Part shown: one piece after another, positions 8,723-18,355 of the stretch | Numbering within the stretch: position 1 is the first letter of the stretch | How the letters are laid out: each line of letters starts with the position of its first letter | Assembly: GCA_946183335.1 (NCBI GenBank) | Contig: CAMGZN010000001.1 | Location: forward strand, 1-38,292 | Direction of reading: 5' to 3' | DNA: 38,292 nucleotides | Source of the DNA: an uncultured Bacillales bacterium | GTDB lineage: Bacteria; Bacillota_I; Bacilli_A; RFN20; CAG-826 | The notes under the pieces: generated by a model | Seen by the model: only the letters and a program-made list of their open reading frames with translations | Databases searched by the model: none | What the model was told of the DNA's origin: nothing | Made by a program: the position numbers and the translations under genes

Positions 8723-9943
8723 TTATTTTTGCTTAGCGAGGTTTTCAAGGTAAAGACCTGGAATTGTCGCATAGAGAGCTGCACACACGACTAAGTCGTG
8801 TTTTCTGGTCTTTTCATTTGGGGCATGAGCTTCTTTTTCGTCGCCTGGACCAAAGCCAACGCAAGGAATACCAAAGCGTCCCATAATGGAAACACCATTA
8901 GTAGAGAATGTCCACTTATCAATGACTGGAGCTTTCTTGAAGAGTCCTTCATAACCTTGTTTTAAGGATTGAACATAAATGGATTCTTCTGGAATAACCC
9001 AGGTTGGGAAGTAACATTCTTGTTTATAAACAAGACCAGTATAAGCTGGACGTTCATAATCATACATTGAAACTTCAGCTTTCGCACGTTTCACACTTGG
9101 TAAATTTTCAATTTCCGCAATAGAAGTCTTATCGTTTTCTCCGACTGTTAAACGGCGGTCGAGAGAAATCCAGCAGCCATCAGCGACAGCACAACGGCTT
9201 GGAGACTTGTGGAAGATTTGGGAAATTGTGACTGTTCCTTTACCGAGGAATGGGTCATAGGCTAAACCAGTTTCATTGAGTTTTTCAATGTCTTTAATGA
9301 TGTCAGCCATTTTATAAATGGCGTTATCACCACGTTCTGGTGCACTACCATGGCAAGAGATACCACGAACGTTGACTTTGATTTCCATACGTCCACGGTG
9401 TCCACGATAGATTTGGCAGCTTGTTGGTTCAGTAGAAACAACAAATTCTGGTTTAATCTTGTCTTGCTCAATGATGTACTTCCAGCAAAGACCATCACAG
9501 TCTTCTTCTTGGACAGTACCGGTCACGAGTAAGGTGAAGTCATCTTCAAGGCCAAGATCTTTAATGATCTTACCAGCATAAACCATTGAGGCCATACCAC
9601 CTTCTTGGTCACTTGTTCCACGACCACCGATATAAGTTTCATCTTCGAAACCTTCATATGGATCAAATTTCCAGTTTTTAATTTCTCCGATACCGACTGT
9701 ATCGATGTGGGCATCCATGGCGATTAAGTGCTTACCATGGCCAATGTAACCTAAGACGTTGCCCATTGGGTCAATGTCGACTTTGTCGAAACCGACTTTG
9801 AGCATTTCTTCTTTAATACGAAGAACGACTTCTTTTTCGCCACATGACTCAGATGGAATCTTAACCATGTCGCGAAGGAATTTGGTCATATCTTTTTGAT
9901 ATGATTCGGCTTTTTTAAGGATTTCTTCAAATGAAACTTTCAT
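8723..9943 (-). CDS. ygeY: YgeY-type M20-family metallo-amidohydrolase (decarbamoylase/peptidase-like)
   Basis: Long near-identical blocks to E. coli YgeY as I recall it: [69 protein letters not shown] and [11 protein letters not shown]. Confidence 0.9.
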   Translation of the reverse strand: MKVSFEEILKKAESYQKDMTKFLRDMVKIPSESCGEKEVVLRIKEEMLKVGFDKVDIDPMGNVLGYIGHGKHLIAMDAHIDTVGIGEIKNWKFDPYEGFEDETYIGGRGTSDQEGGMASMVYAGKIIKDLGLEDDFTLLVTGTVQEEDCDGLCWKYIIEQDKIKPEFVVSTEPTSCQIYRGHRGRMEIKVNVRGISCHGSAPERGDNAIYKMADIIKDIEKLNETGLAYDPFLGKGTVTISQIFHKSPSRCAVADGCWISLDRRLTVGENDKTSIAEIENLPSVKRAKAEVSMYDYERPAYTGLVYKQECYFPTWVIPEESIYVQSLKQGYEGLFKKAPVIDKWTFSTNGVSIMGRFGIPCVGFGPGDEKEAHAPNEKTRKHDLVVCAALYATIPGLYLENLAKQK

Positions 9944-11313
9944 TATTTAATTTCCTTTCCGCGCATTTCTTTAATCTTCTTATCGTATTCGAAGACTTTG
10001 TTATATTCATTTTCCCAGAATTCTGGTTTTCTCATCGCGTCGAGGTATTCTTGTTTGTAACCGAATTTTAACCAGTCACGTTCTTTTTGCTTAAAGAGTT
10101 TTTCTTTGGCTTCTTTACCACGAGTATCTAACACATAACTTGTGTCAGCTCCCATAAAGACGTCATTGAACCAACGGTCTAAAACGTTATCAGTCACTTC
10201 AAGTTCACGTTCGTGTAGGTTTTCAATAACTGATGGATAGCGGTCGAATGAATCTGTAGCGATAGTCACAACGTTATCATCTGGTCCAAGTTTGAGGTAT
10301 TTTGCCATTTTGATGGCACCTAAGATGTTACAAATACCGGAAACACCGAAGAGGTTTTCCATTTCCTTAGCAACTTTGGCTGGAACACCATGTTTTTCAA
10401 GGATATTCGCACCTTCATGGATCACAGCTAAACCACGGACACAATCATCATCAATGATTTGAGTGATAAAGTCTGTTGTTAAAGCGTTATGAATGAGGGT
10501 AATCATCTTATCGCCGATACCTTCAATACGGTGCTGTCCTAAACCACCATTGGTGAGTGTTGAACATTCATGTGGTTCAAGAGCAACAACCTTACATTCT
10601 GGGAAGACTTTCTTAATTTGATCACCAGCAGCTAATGTACCAGCGGAACCAGGCGCTGAACAGAAACATGCGACACGACCATTACCAATACCTTTGACAG
10701 CTTCGACACAGGAATTACCTGTAACGTGTCTATGGAAACGATAGTTTGGTAAGAGTTCGAATTGAGCAAGAGTTCTGTTTTTTGGATTCTTCTTTAATTC
10801 GTAAGTTCTTTCGAGAGTAAGAATAACGTCTGATTCGGAACCTGGAGTTAAATCGAGTTTGGCTCCGTATTTTGAAATACGTTCATATCTTTCTTTCGAC
10901 ATGTTGTCTGGCATGATAACGATGGCGTCATACTTCATTAAGTTTGTAATGTAGCTAACACCGATACCGAAGTTGCCAGTTGATGGTCCAAGAATTGTGT
11001 GTTTTCCTGGAATAATTTCCCCATCCACACAACCTTCCATAAGTGTGGCATAAGCTGGACCCACTTTGTGGGAACCAGATGGGAAGTTCTTACCAAATAA
11101 GACAACGATGTTGGCGTCAACACCAGTTAAGGCTTTTGGTAAGACGATTTTGTTAACCTCATCTTTTTCGTTTTTCCAAGTAATGTTGAAGAGGTTAATT
11201 GGATCAAGTTCATTTTCTTTGATCGCTTTGAGTGCCTTAGCTCTCACTTCTGGGTCTTGGTGTGATGGATTAAGCATCTCATCATACGTTGGCCCAAACG
11301 GAATTTTTGACAT
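9943..11313 (-). CDS. PLP-dependent fold-type II enzyme (Trp-synthase-beta/cysteine-synthase superfamily; OrtB-like size)
   Basis: [12 protein letters not shown] (candidate PLP-lysine motif of the TGSHK type), [12 protein letters not shown] and SAPGSAGT (phosphate-binding loop). 456 aa. TAATG-fused to ygeY. Confidence 0.65.
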   Translation of the reverse strand: MSKIPFGPTYDEMLNPSHQDPEVRAKALKAIKENELDPINLFNITWKNEKDEVNKIVLPKALTGVDANIVVLFGKNFPSGSHKVGPAYATLMEGCVDGEIIPGKHTILGPSTGNFGIGVSYITNLMKYDAIVIMPDNMSKERYERISKYGAKLDLTPGSESDVILTLERTYELKKNPKNRTLAQFELLPNYRFHRHVTGNSCVEAVKGIGNGRVACFCSAPGSAGTLAAGDQIKKVFPECKVVALEPHECSTLTNGGLGQHRIEGIGDKMITLIHNALTTDFITQIIDDDCVRGLAVIHEGANILEKHGVPAKVAKEMENLFGVSGICNILGAIKMAKYLKLGPDDNVVTIATDSFDRYPSVIENLHERELEVTDNVLDRWFNDVFMGADTSYVLDTRGKEAKEKLFKQKERDWLKFGYKQEYLDAMRKPEFWENEYNKVFEYDKKIKEMRGKEIK

Positions 11314-11314
11314 A

Positions 11315-12559
11315 CTAAATAGCTCCTTTTTCTTTCAAAAATTTATCCAATTCTTCAAGGTTTGGTTTCATCGGTTCAGGCATGGATACCGCCTTTTGAC
11401 CGTTGACTGGATCTTTTAGACCATTACCAGTCACAATGGTTGTCACAGTTTCACCAGGTTTAATAATTCCTTGTTGCACTGCTTTCTTAATGCCGGCTAT
11501 TGCAGCCACGCCAGCTGGTTCACCGAAGATGCCTTCGGTTCTTCCAAGTAGCGACATGGCTTTAATAATATCACTGTCTGGTACTGAAATCCAAGCCCCA
11601 TGCGATAATTTTATCGCATTTTGTGCTTTTACTGGGTTTCTTGGGATTCCGACAGCAATCGAATCGGCAATGGTGTTTTCATCAGCTTCTTTGAGTGGTT
11701 CGCCAGTCTCAGAAGCAATCACAAATGGAGCACATCCAGTTGATTGAACACCAAGGATTTTTGGAACTTTTTTAATCAAACCTAACTTAAAAAACTCCGC
11801 AAAACCCTTATAAACGCCACCAACTGTGCATCCGTCACCAACAGATACAGCGACCCAATCAGTTGGTTCAAAGTTCAGCTGTTCAGCAATTTCCATTGAG
11901 ACAGTTTTCTTTCCTTCGACCATGAATGGGTTGATAGCAGCATTACGGTTGTACCATCCGTATTTATCGATCGCGGCTTTAGAGAGTTGAAAAGCGGCTT
12001 TGTAGTCGCCATCAACTTTAACTAAAGTAGCGCCGTATAAACAAATTTGAGTTGCTTTACCAATTGGAGCACGTTTTGGAACAAAGATAACTGCGTTTAA
12101 TCCCATATGTGCCGCTTGGCAAGCACAGCTAGAGGCAGCGTTGCCTGTTGAAGAACACGCAATTGTTTTTGCGCCTGCTTCAATAGCTTTTAAAACAGCT
12201 ACTCCGCTAGCTCTATCTTTAGATGAACCACTTGGATTTAATCCGTCGTCTTTGACGTAGAGTTCTTTTACGCCAAGTTCTTTTTCAAGACGACGGGCTC
12301 GATAAAGTGGGGTCCATCCGACTCGTAACATTTCATCAATGTGGTCTTCTTGAATGCCCATAATTGGAGCATAACGCCACATCGAGTAGTTACGATTCTT
12401 TTCAAAATATTCACGGGTTAAAACTTTCTTTAATGCGTCGTAATCATAAACAACATCAAGAATGCCTTTTTCACCACAATGTGGACAAGTAAGAGAAACT
12501 TCTCCTTCTTTAAATTCGGCTCCACAAAGTGTGCATTTATAACCTTTAATGTAACTCAT
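11315..12559 (-). CDS. Threonine-synthase-family PLP enzyme with an N-terminal zinc ribbon
   Basis: CTLCG...CPHCG ribbon, NPSGSSKDR (PLP-lysine motif), SSTGNAASS and TGNGLKD. Specificity is unknown. Confidence 0.7.
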   Translation of the reverse strand: MSYIKGYKCTLCGAEFKEGEVSLTCPHCGEKGILDVVYDYDALKKVLTREYFEKNRNYSMWRYAPIMGIQEDHIDEMLRVGWTPLYRARRLEKELGVKELYVKDDGLNPSGSSKDRASGVAVLKAIEAGAKTIACSSTGNAASSCACQAAHMGLNAVIFVPKRAPIGKATQICLYGATLVKVDGDYKAAFQLSKAAIDKYGWYNRNAAINPFMVEGKKTVSMEIAEQLNFEPTDWVAVSVGDGCTVGGVYKGFAEFFKLGLIKKVPKILGVQSTGCAPFVIASETGEPLKEADENTIADSIAVGIPRNPVKAQNAIKLSHGAWISVPDSDIIKAMSLLGRTEGIFGEPAGVAAIAGIKKAVQQGIIKPGETVTTIVTGNGLKDPVNGQKAVSMPEPMKPNLEELDKFLKEKGAI

Positions 12560-13413
12560 TGTTTTGCACCTCCAACAATGTCGTCAATGAACTTATTAAA
12601 GATGTTCATCGCAACTGTTTGACGATATTCTTTATTACTTCTTTGGTCATCAATTGGAGCGATAATTTGTGCAAAATCACCAGCAATTTGTGGTTGTTTT
12701 GCTTTTAACTCTTCTAGTGTAAGACCAACAACTTTTGCTTCAAGTTCTTTGCTTCTTGCGGGACGAATTGAGACAGAACCAAAGCAACAAGCGAACTTGG
12801 TAACAACGTTCTTTTTCACTTCGTAATAACCAGCAAAGGAAATCTTGGAAATCGAGTCAGCTCGGCGTGAACCAACCTTAAACCAAAGTTCGCCAGTGTA
12901 TTCAATTTTTGGGAAAATAATTTCAGTAATTAATTCATTTGGATGACGATCGATTTTACGAACGCCAAGAACAAAATCTTTAGCATCGACTAAGCGAACT
13001 CCATCAACTGATTCAAGTTTCACTTTTGCATCAAGAAGAGCATCGATGACAATCGTGTCACCGGCTGGAGATGCATTAGCAATATTTCCCACTAGTGTGC
13101 AGAAATGACGAATATTTGTTGAAGCAACTTCACTAATCGCTTTTCTAAGTAAAGAAGGACAAAGTTTATGGTGTTCAATTTCATGCATTGTTGCGATTGC
13201 ACCAATGTGAACACCGTCTTTGTCTTCGTAGATATTTGCTAGTTCCTTAATATGTGAAACATATAAAACATCTTTATCAAATAAAGGAGCATAACCGGCA
13301 ACATTCTTTTTGATAACCATCATGTCGCTTCCACCGGCAACAATGTAGGCATCATGGTTAGCTAAAAAGTCGAGAGCTTCTTTTTTGGTATAAGCAATTT
13401 TCTTTTCTACCAT
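12556..13413 (-). CDS. Molybdenum hydroxylase (xanthine dehydrogenase family) FAD-binding subunit, set 1
   Basis: CO-dehydrogenase-flavoprotein-type N-terminus (YIVAGGSDMMV, TLVGNIANASPAGD). Overlaps the upstream 2Fe-2S subunit gene by 7 nt. Confidence 0.8.
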   Translation of the reverse strand: MVEKKIAYTKKEALDFLANHDAYIVAGGSDMMVIKKNVAGYAPLFDKDVLYVSHIKELANIYEDKDGVHIGAIATMHEIEHHKLCPSLLRKAISEVASTNIRHFCTLVGNIANASPAGDTIVIDALLDAKVKLESVDGVRLVDAKDFVLGVRKIDRHPNELITEIIFPKIEYTGELWFKVGSRRADSISKISFAGYYEVKKNVVTKFACCFGSVSIRPARSKELEAKVVGLTLEELKAKQPQIAGDFAQIIAPIDDQRSNKEYRQTVAMNIFNKFIDDIVGGAKQ

Positions 13414-13880
13414 AATCCAGCTCCTTTCTTACTGGCAATTTCCACCGCTTGAACAATAGCTTGATAGCCAGTGCAGCGGCATAAGTTACCACTCATATGA
13501 GCTCGAATCTCTTCCTCTGTTGGGTGAGGATTGTGAGATAAGAGTGATTGTGCAGCAATAATCATTCCTGGAGAGCAGAAGCCACATTGGGACCCACCAA
13601 CTTCAGCAAATGCTTTTTGTAAAACATCAAATTGTTTGGTTTCTTTGAAGCCTTCAATAGTAACAATCTCGTGACCTTCAACGTTGGCTAATGGAAGCAA
13701 GCAGCTATTCACCGAATAACCATCCATTAAAACAACACAGGCTCCACAAGAACCTTCGCCACAGCCTTCTTTAACTCCTTTTAAAGAGAAGTGATCACGG
13801 AGGACGTCGATTAAGCGCATACTTGGATCAAGCTCAACAGCAACATCTTTGCCGTTTAATTTAAACTTAACGCTTGTCAT
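13407..13880 (-). CDS. Molybdenum hydroxylase [2Fe-2S] subunit, set 1
   Basis: CGEGSCGACVV plus QCGFCSPG and NLCRCTGY, the two 2Fe-2S motifs of the XdhC/CoxS type. GGAGGTG RBS. Confidence 0.9.
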   Translation of the reverse strand: MTSVKFKLNGKDVAVELDPSMRLIDVLRDHFSLKGVKEGCGEGSCGACVVLMDGYSVNSCLLPLANVEGHEIVTIEGFKETKQFDVLQKAFAEVGGSQCGFCSPGMIIAAQSLLSHNPHPTEEEIRAHMSGNLCRCTGYQAIVQAVEIASKKGAGLW

Positions 13881-15966
13881 TGTTAATCACCTCCATGATG
13901 TATTCTGGTGTGGCTGGAATCTTATTCACTTTGTGACCGATTGCTTGTTCGATTGCAAGTGCAATCGCTGGAGCTCCACCAACAAGAGTTAATTCGCCCA
14001 TTCCTTTGGCGCCGTTAGCACCATAAATAAATGGGTTATCAATAAATGCTGTCTCCATTGGAGGAGCGTCTTCAAATGTTGGAATAATGTAGTCGGTTAA
14101 TGAACGATTACGGAATTTACCATCTTTAATTCCCATGTGCTCGAGATAACCGTAACCTAAACCTTGGAGTAATCCTCCATCAGCTTGGCCAACAGCAATA
14201 CGTTCATCAACAACTCGGCCAACATCGTAAGTTGACCAGCAATGATCAACTTTAATTTGGTAGGTTACTGGATCAAATGAGACTTCAACAACGTTGACAC
14301 CCCAAGAATAAGATGGGTAGGCATCGCCTTGCATTGTATCTTCATCCCAGTGGATATAACTTGGTCCGACATAACCTTCAACATGTTCTTGTCGAACTCC
14401 ACTCTTCCAGATTTTCTTTAATTGTTTAGCGCCTTTTTCCATGAGAAAACCAACAATAATAATTGTTCTTGAAGCCGCGGTTGGTCCGGAGTCAGGAGTA
14501 TGATCAGTATCAGCTGCTTCCATTGTGCATTGTTCAGCTGGTAAACCAAGTGTGTTTGACACAATACGTGCTAAGGTTGTACGGTTTCCTTGACCAAAGT
14601 CAGCACTTGAAGCATAAACATGGACATGATCATTCTCATCCTTAACGAGTTTGACTTTACCATTAATGATTGTTGATTCGCCTGAACCAGTAAATCCACA
14701 TCCGTGAAGGAATAAGGACATACCGATTCCTTTGTTAGATCCTGGTTTAGCGTACTCAACGACTTTACGTTTGTAGTCGGACATTTCCATGGCTTTGTCT
14801 AATAATTGAGGAAGAATAATTGGGTCATGGAACTTACCAGAATTTGTTGTGATATCTCCTTGTTTTGCAAGGTATTTCATTCTTAACTGTAATGGATCAA
14901 CTCCAAGTTCTTTAGCGACATGATGAATAAACATTTCCATCGCAAAGATTGTTTGTGGAGAGCCAAATCCACGGAACGCAGCAGTCGGAACGGTGTTTGT
15001 GCAATAAACATCACCAACCACATCTAAGTTTTCAAACACGTATGCGTTACAAGATGCAATAAGAGCACGTGATAAGACAACTCCAGAGCAGCCTTTGTAG
15101 GCACCACCATTAAGTTTGACACGAATCCTTAAACCAAGAATCTCGTTGTTCTTACCAATAAACGCTTCATATGTCGAAACTGATGGGTGACGTTTTGTTG
15201 TATAAGCAATATCTTCAAAACGCTCATAGCACATTTTTACTGGGCGATGAATTTTATTAACCGCCACAGCAAGTTGTGAACCAGTTAAGCTTGGATAGTG
15301 TTCTTTACCGCCAAATGCTCCACCAACAGCAGGTTGTTTCACACGAACTTTTTCTGGAGCAATACCAAGAGCTCGGGCAACAGCCTTTCTAATATAGAAC
15401 GGACATTGCATCGAACCAGTTAAATAGAACTTATCATCTTCATCTATATAACAGAGAATGCCTTGTGGTTCAATGTAGGCTTGTTCTTGATAACCAGTCT
15501 CATAAGTTTCTTTAATTGTTTTAACAGCGTTTTTCTCAGCCTTAGAAAAATCACCTTTTGTAAATTCTTTATGAATATACGAATTCACAAGATCGAAAAC
15601 TGGTTTTTCTTCTTCGTAAATAACCGAGATTTGACGGCATAATTTGTGCAAAACCTCTTTATTTTCTCCAACAAACAAACCAATCGATTCACCGACATAA
15701 TGAACTTCTTTGTCAGCAAAAATTGGCCAATCGGAGAAGATAATATTAACAACGTTTTCACCAGGAATATCTTTTGCTGAAATCCAATAATAACCTTTTG
15801 GAAGTTCAGGCAATTTGATTTCCTTTATCTTTCCTTTAGCAATTGTTGATCTCACGGTTTCAGCATAAAGCATTCCTGGTAACTCAAAGTCATCAGTGAA
15901 CTTTGCTTCTCCGCGAATCTTTTCGGGGAAGTCAATTTTTGGTGTACTTGACTTATAAAATTCCAT
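13867..15966 (-). CDS. Molybdenum hydroxylase molybdopterin-binding large subunit, set 1 (699 aa)
   Basis: Xanthine dehydrogenase/aldehyde oxidase family blocks: a/b-hammerhead N-terminus, VGGAFGGKE, AFRGFGSPQ and GMGELTLVGGAPAIA. Confidence 0.88.
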   Translation of the reverse strand: MEFYKSSTPKIDFPEKIRGEAKFTDDFELPGMLYAETVRSTIAKGKIKEIKLPELPKGYYWISAKDIPGENVVNIIFSDWPIFADKEVHYVGESIGLFVGENKEVLHKLCRQISVIYEEEKPVFDLVNSYIHKEFTKGDFSKAEKNAVKTIKETYETGYQEQAYIEPQGILCYIDEDDKFYLTGSMQCPFYIRKAVARALGIAPEKVRVKQPAVGGAFGGKEHYPSLTGSQLAVAVNKIHRPVKMCYERFEDIAYTTKRHPSVSTYEAFIGKNNEILGLRIRVKLNGGAYKGCSGVVLSRALIASCNAYVFENLDVVGDVYCTNTVPTAAFRGFGSPQTIFAMEMFIHHVAKELGVDPLQLRMKYLAKQGDITTNSGKFHDPIILPQLLDKAMEMSDYKRKVVEYAKPGSNKGIGMSLFLHGCGFTGSGESTIINGKVKLVKDENDHVHVYASSADFGQGNRTTLARIVSNTLGLPAEQCTMEAADTDHTPDSGPTAASRTIIIVGFLMEKGAKQLKKIWKSGVRQEHVEGYVGPSYIHWDEDTMQGDAYPSYSWGVNVVEVSFDPVTYQIKVDHCWSTYDVGRVVDERIAVGQADGGLLQGLGYGYLEHMGIKDGKFRNRSLTDYIIPTFEDAPPMETAFIDNPFIYGANGAKGMGELTLVGGAPAIALAIEQAIGHKVNKIPATPEYIMEVINNDKR

Positions 15967-17063
15967 TATTCTTCCACCTTTGTATATGTGAGAGCTTTAA
16001 CTGGACACTTGGAAACACAAAGACCACAGCGGAAACATTTCTCACTGTTGAATTTTGGTTTTCCATCCATCTCAATTGCGAAGTATGGACAAACTCTAGA
16101 ACATGTTCCACAACCTGTACATTTAGCTGCATCAAGTTTTGGAGTGTCTCCCATTCCATACATGGCATGATTTTCTAATTGAGTATCAATAACTTCTTGG
16201 ACTGATTTAAATCCATACTTTTCAAGAGCTGCTGGAAGGTCAGCAATAATCTTGGCATAAAGTTCTTTTCCTCTAAGCATCGCTGCCGAGAGCATTTGAA
16301 CACCGCTAGCGCCAGCGAGAAGGAATTCAATAACGTCGCTAGCTGAAGCAATTCCACCAACACCAATCACAGTCAGTGATGGTTCAGCTTGTTTAATTGT
16401 ATAAACAGTTGCTAGAGCAATGTTCTTAATATAAGGTCCACTGGTCCAAGCAAAACCTTTAGCGTTACCATAGATAATGCTACGGGAAGCAATGTCAATT
16501 TTCATTGAAGGACCAAGGGAGTTAACCGCCACAACACCATTAGCACCATTAGCTTTGATTGTGTGAGCAAAGCCTTCTGGATCTGGCATGTGAGCACTAA
16601 TTTTCATATAGAATGGTTTCTTGGTGTGTTTACGAATTGTGGCAACAGTTTCACCAAGCGCATTTAAGTCGTTTCCAACGTAGTGAGTAGAAACTTCAAA
16701 TGCATCAGCAAATTTATCAAGAAGAGGAATTAAAACTTCCATATCTTCTTTGGTATAACCAACTGAAATGATAAGAGGTTTACCAACTGACTTCTTTTTG
16801 TAATATGGTAAGAACTCATTAAGCCACTTTTCCTTAGTGTATTCAGTCCATAATTCACAGTTCATGATGTAATCACGATCACCATAAATGCATGGGTGCG
16901 GGATGTGGGCATCCTTTGTTGAGATTGTTTTTGAGACAATCGCACCAAGTCCAGCGACTTGTTCTAACCAGAGCATTTTCTCGGCGTCACCAACAAGTGG
17001 GCCGGCAGCTGGCATGAGTGGGTTTTCTAATTTTAACCCATCAAATTTTGTTGAAATATCCAT
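15966..17063 (-). CDS. Dihydroorotate/dihydropyrimidine dehydrogenase-family flavoprotein with C-terminal 2x[4Fe-4S] ferredoxin domain (PreA-like)
   Basis: N-terminal LKLENPLMPAAGP DHOD/DPD fold, GVGGIASASDV, and C-terminal CTGCGTCSRVCP and CFRCGLCVSKCP. I moved the start to ATG 17063 (AGGAGG 8 nt upstream), 2 nt after the ssnA-like stop. Confidence 0.8.
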   Translation of the reverse strand: MDISTKFDGLKLENPLMPAAGPLVGDAEKMLWLEQVAGLGAIVSKTISTKDAHIPHPCIYGDRDYIMNCELWTEYTKEKWLNEFLPYYKKKSVGKPLIISVGYTKEDMEVLIPLLDKFADAFEVSTHYVGNDLNALGETVATIRKHTKKPFYMKISAHMPDPEGFAHTIKANGANGVVAVNSLGPSMKIDIASRSIIYGNAKGFAWTSGPYIKNIALATVYTIKQAEPSLTVIGVGGIASASDVIEFLLAGASGVQMLSAAMLRGKELYAKIIADLPAALEKYGFKSVQEVIDTQLENHAMYGMGDTPKLDAAKCTGCGTCSRVCPYFAIEMDGKPKFNSEKCFRCGLCVSKCPVKALTYTKVEE

Positions 17064-17065
17064 CG

Positions 17066-18355
17066 TTATTCCTCCTTCACTTTGGACCATAAATTACTCG
17101 CGAATTTGCGAGCTTCAATAACTTCATTAATGAGCTTTTTGCTGGTAATTTTGTAATCTTTGACACGTTTTGTACCAGCGGTATAAACATCGCTTGGTTT
17201 TAAAGCTGGGAATAAGCCGTAGAAAAGATGACCTAGTGCATTAGATGCATCCATTTTTGTAAATGGAGTGTACTTCACACGCATAAAGTCTGCTTCATAA
17301 CCATTCTCAAATTTTCCAAGTTTTAAGCCTAAGCGATCTCCGACATATTTATAAGAGTTCTCAATCATTTGATGAACGTCTCCAAGGCCAATACCTAAAG
17401 GAGATTCGCTCTTCAAATGACCAGTATAAAGAACGTTGTTATATTCGTTAGCCATGTTAGAACTTAAACCATCGTTTCCAACCATAACTGGAATGCCATA
17501 ATCTAAATATTTGCGAACATTTGGAAGACCAACAGCATTATTCATATTGGATGTTGTGTTAACAACCATATAGCAGCCTCTATCCTTAATAATTTGTAGT
17601 TCCTCATCATTAAGATGAACTCCGTGAACAATTAAGGAATTTGGCACAAGTAAACCAAAGTCATCAAATCGTTTAATGATTGGCTTTTTGTATTTTTCTA
17701 TTGAATCTAATTCATCATCAAGTGCCTCGGCAACGTGAACATGTAGAGGAACTCCGTTTTGTGCTCTAGCAACTCTTTTAAGTGTTGAATTTGATAGCGA
17801 CATCGAGGCATGTAATCCAAATAATCCTTCACCTGGATAACGTTTGGCAAAGCTTTTGTTTTCTTTAATACAATCGCTAATGTTATAACGATCACTTGTT
17901 TCAAAACAGAAGATTCCATGCATTTTTAGTGGTCCGACAAAAGCCTTTCTTAAAGACTTCAAAGAACCAATAATCTCTCCGGATGCATGGTGGTCAATAA
18001 CTGATGTTACACCATTTAAAAGGAATTCTTCGCCAGCGCAAATTGCAGAATAGTAAGTTTCTTGGTTAACAAGTTTTGCATCAATCTTCCACCACATTTG
18101 ATCCAAGATTTGTTGGAAGTTTTTCGGATTAAACGGTAAAGCAAGACCTCTAGCAAAAATCGAATAGATGTGAGCGTGGGCACACACAAATGTTGGAAGC
18201 AGTAAATCGCCTTTATAATCTTCGACTGATTGATATTCGCCTTTTGGGAATTCGCTCATTGGGCCACATTTCACGACTTTGTCATCAAAAAGTAGATAAC
18301 CGCATTCAATGTAGTTTTTGTAGTCATAAATTCGAGCATTAATAATTGCTTTCAT
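17066..18355 (-). CDS. ssnA: SsnA-type amidohydrolase (cyclic amidohydrolase/aminohydrolase superfamily)
   Basis: HxH metal motif (VCAHAH), HVHVAE and VGNDG. The length and N-terminus resemble SsnA/chlorohydrolase-type enzymes. TAATG-fused to the hydantoinase gene. Confidence 0.75.
   Translation of the reverse strand: MKAIINARIYDYKNYIECGYLLFDDKVVKCGPMSEFPKGEYQSVEDYKGDLLLPTFVCAHAHIYSIFARGLALPFNPKNFQQILDQMWWKIDAKLVNQETYYSAICAGEEFLLNGVTSVIDHHASGEIIGSLKSLRKAFVGPLKMHGIFCFETSDRYNISDCIKENKSFAKRYPGEGLFGLHASMSLSNSTLKRVARAQNGVPLHVHVAEALDDELDSIEKYKKPIIKRFDDFGLLVPNSLIVHGVHLNDEELQIIKDRGCYMVVNTTSNMNNAVGLPNVRKYLDYGIPVMVGNDGLSSNMANEYNNVLYTGHLKSESPLGIGLGDVHQMIENSYKYVGDRLGLKLGKFENGYEADFMRVKYTPFTKMDASNALGHLFYGLFPALKPSDVYTAGTKRVKDYKITSKKLINEVIEARKFASNLWSKVKEE

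Noticed and set aside
17138-17152. A 15-nt exact match, TTTGCTGGTAATTTT, between the ssnA-like coding region (17138-17152, plus strand) and the reverse complement of 30074-30088.
   Set aside because: One copy is antisense inside a coding region. A few 15-mer coincidences are expected in about 38 kb of AT-rich sequence, so I do not count it as evidence for the TTGCTGG element.
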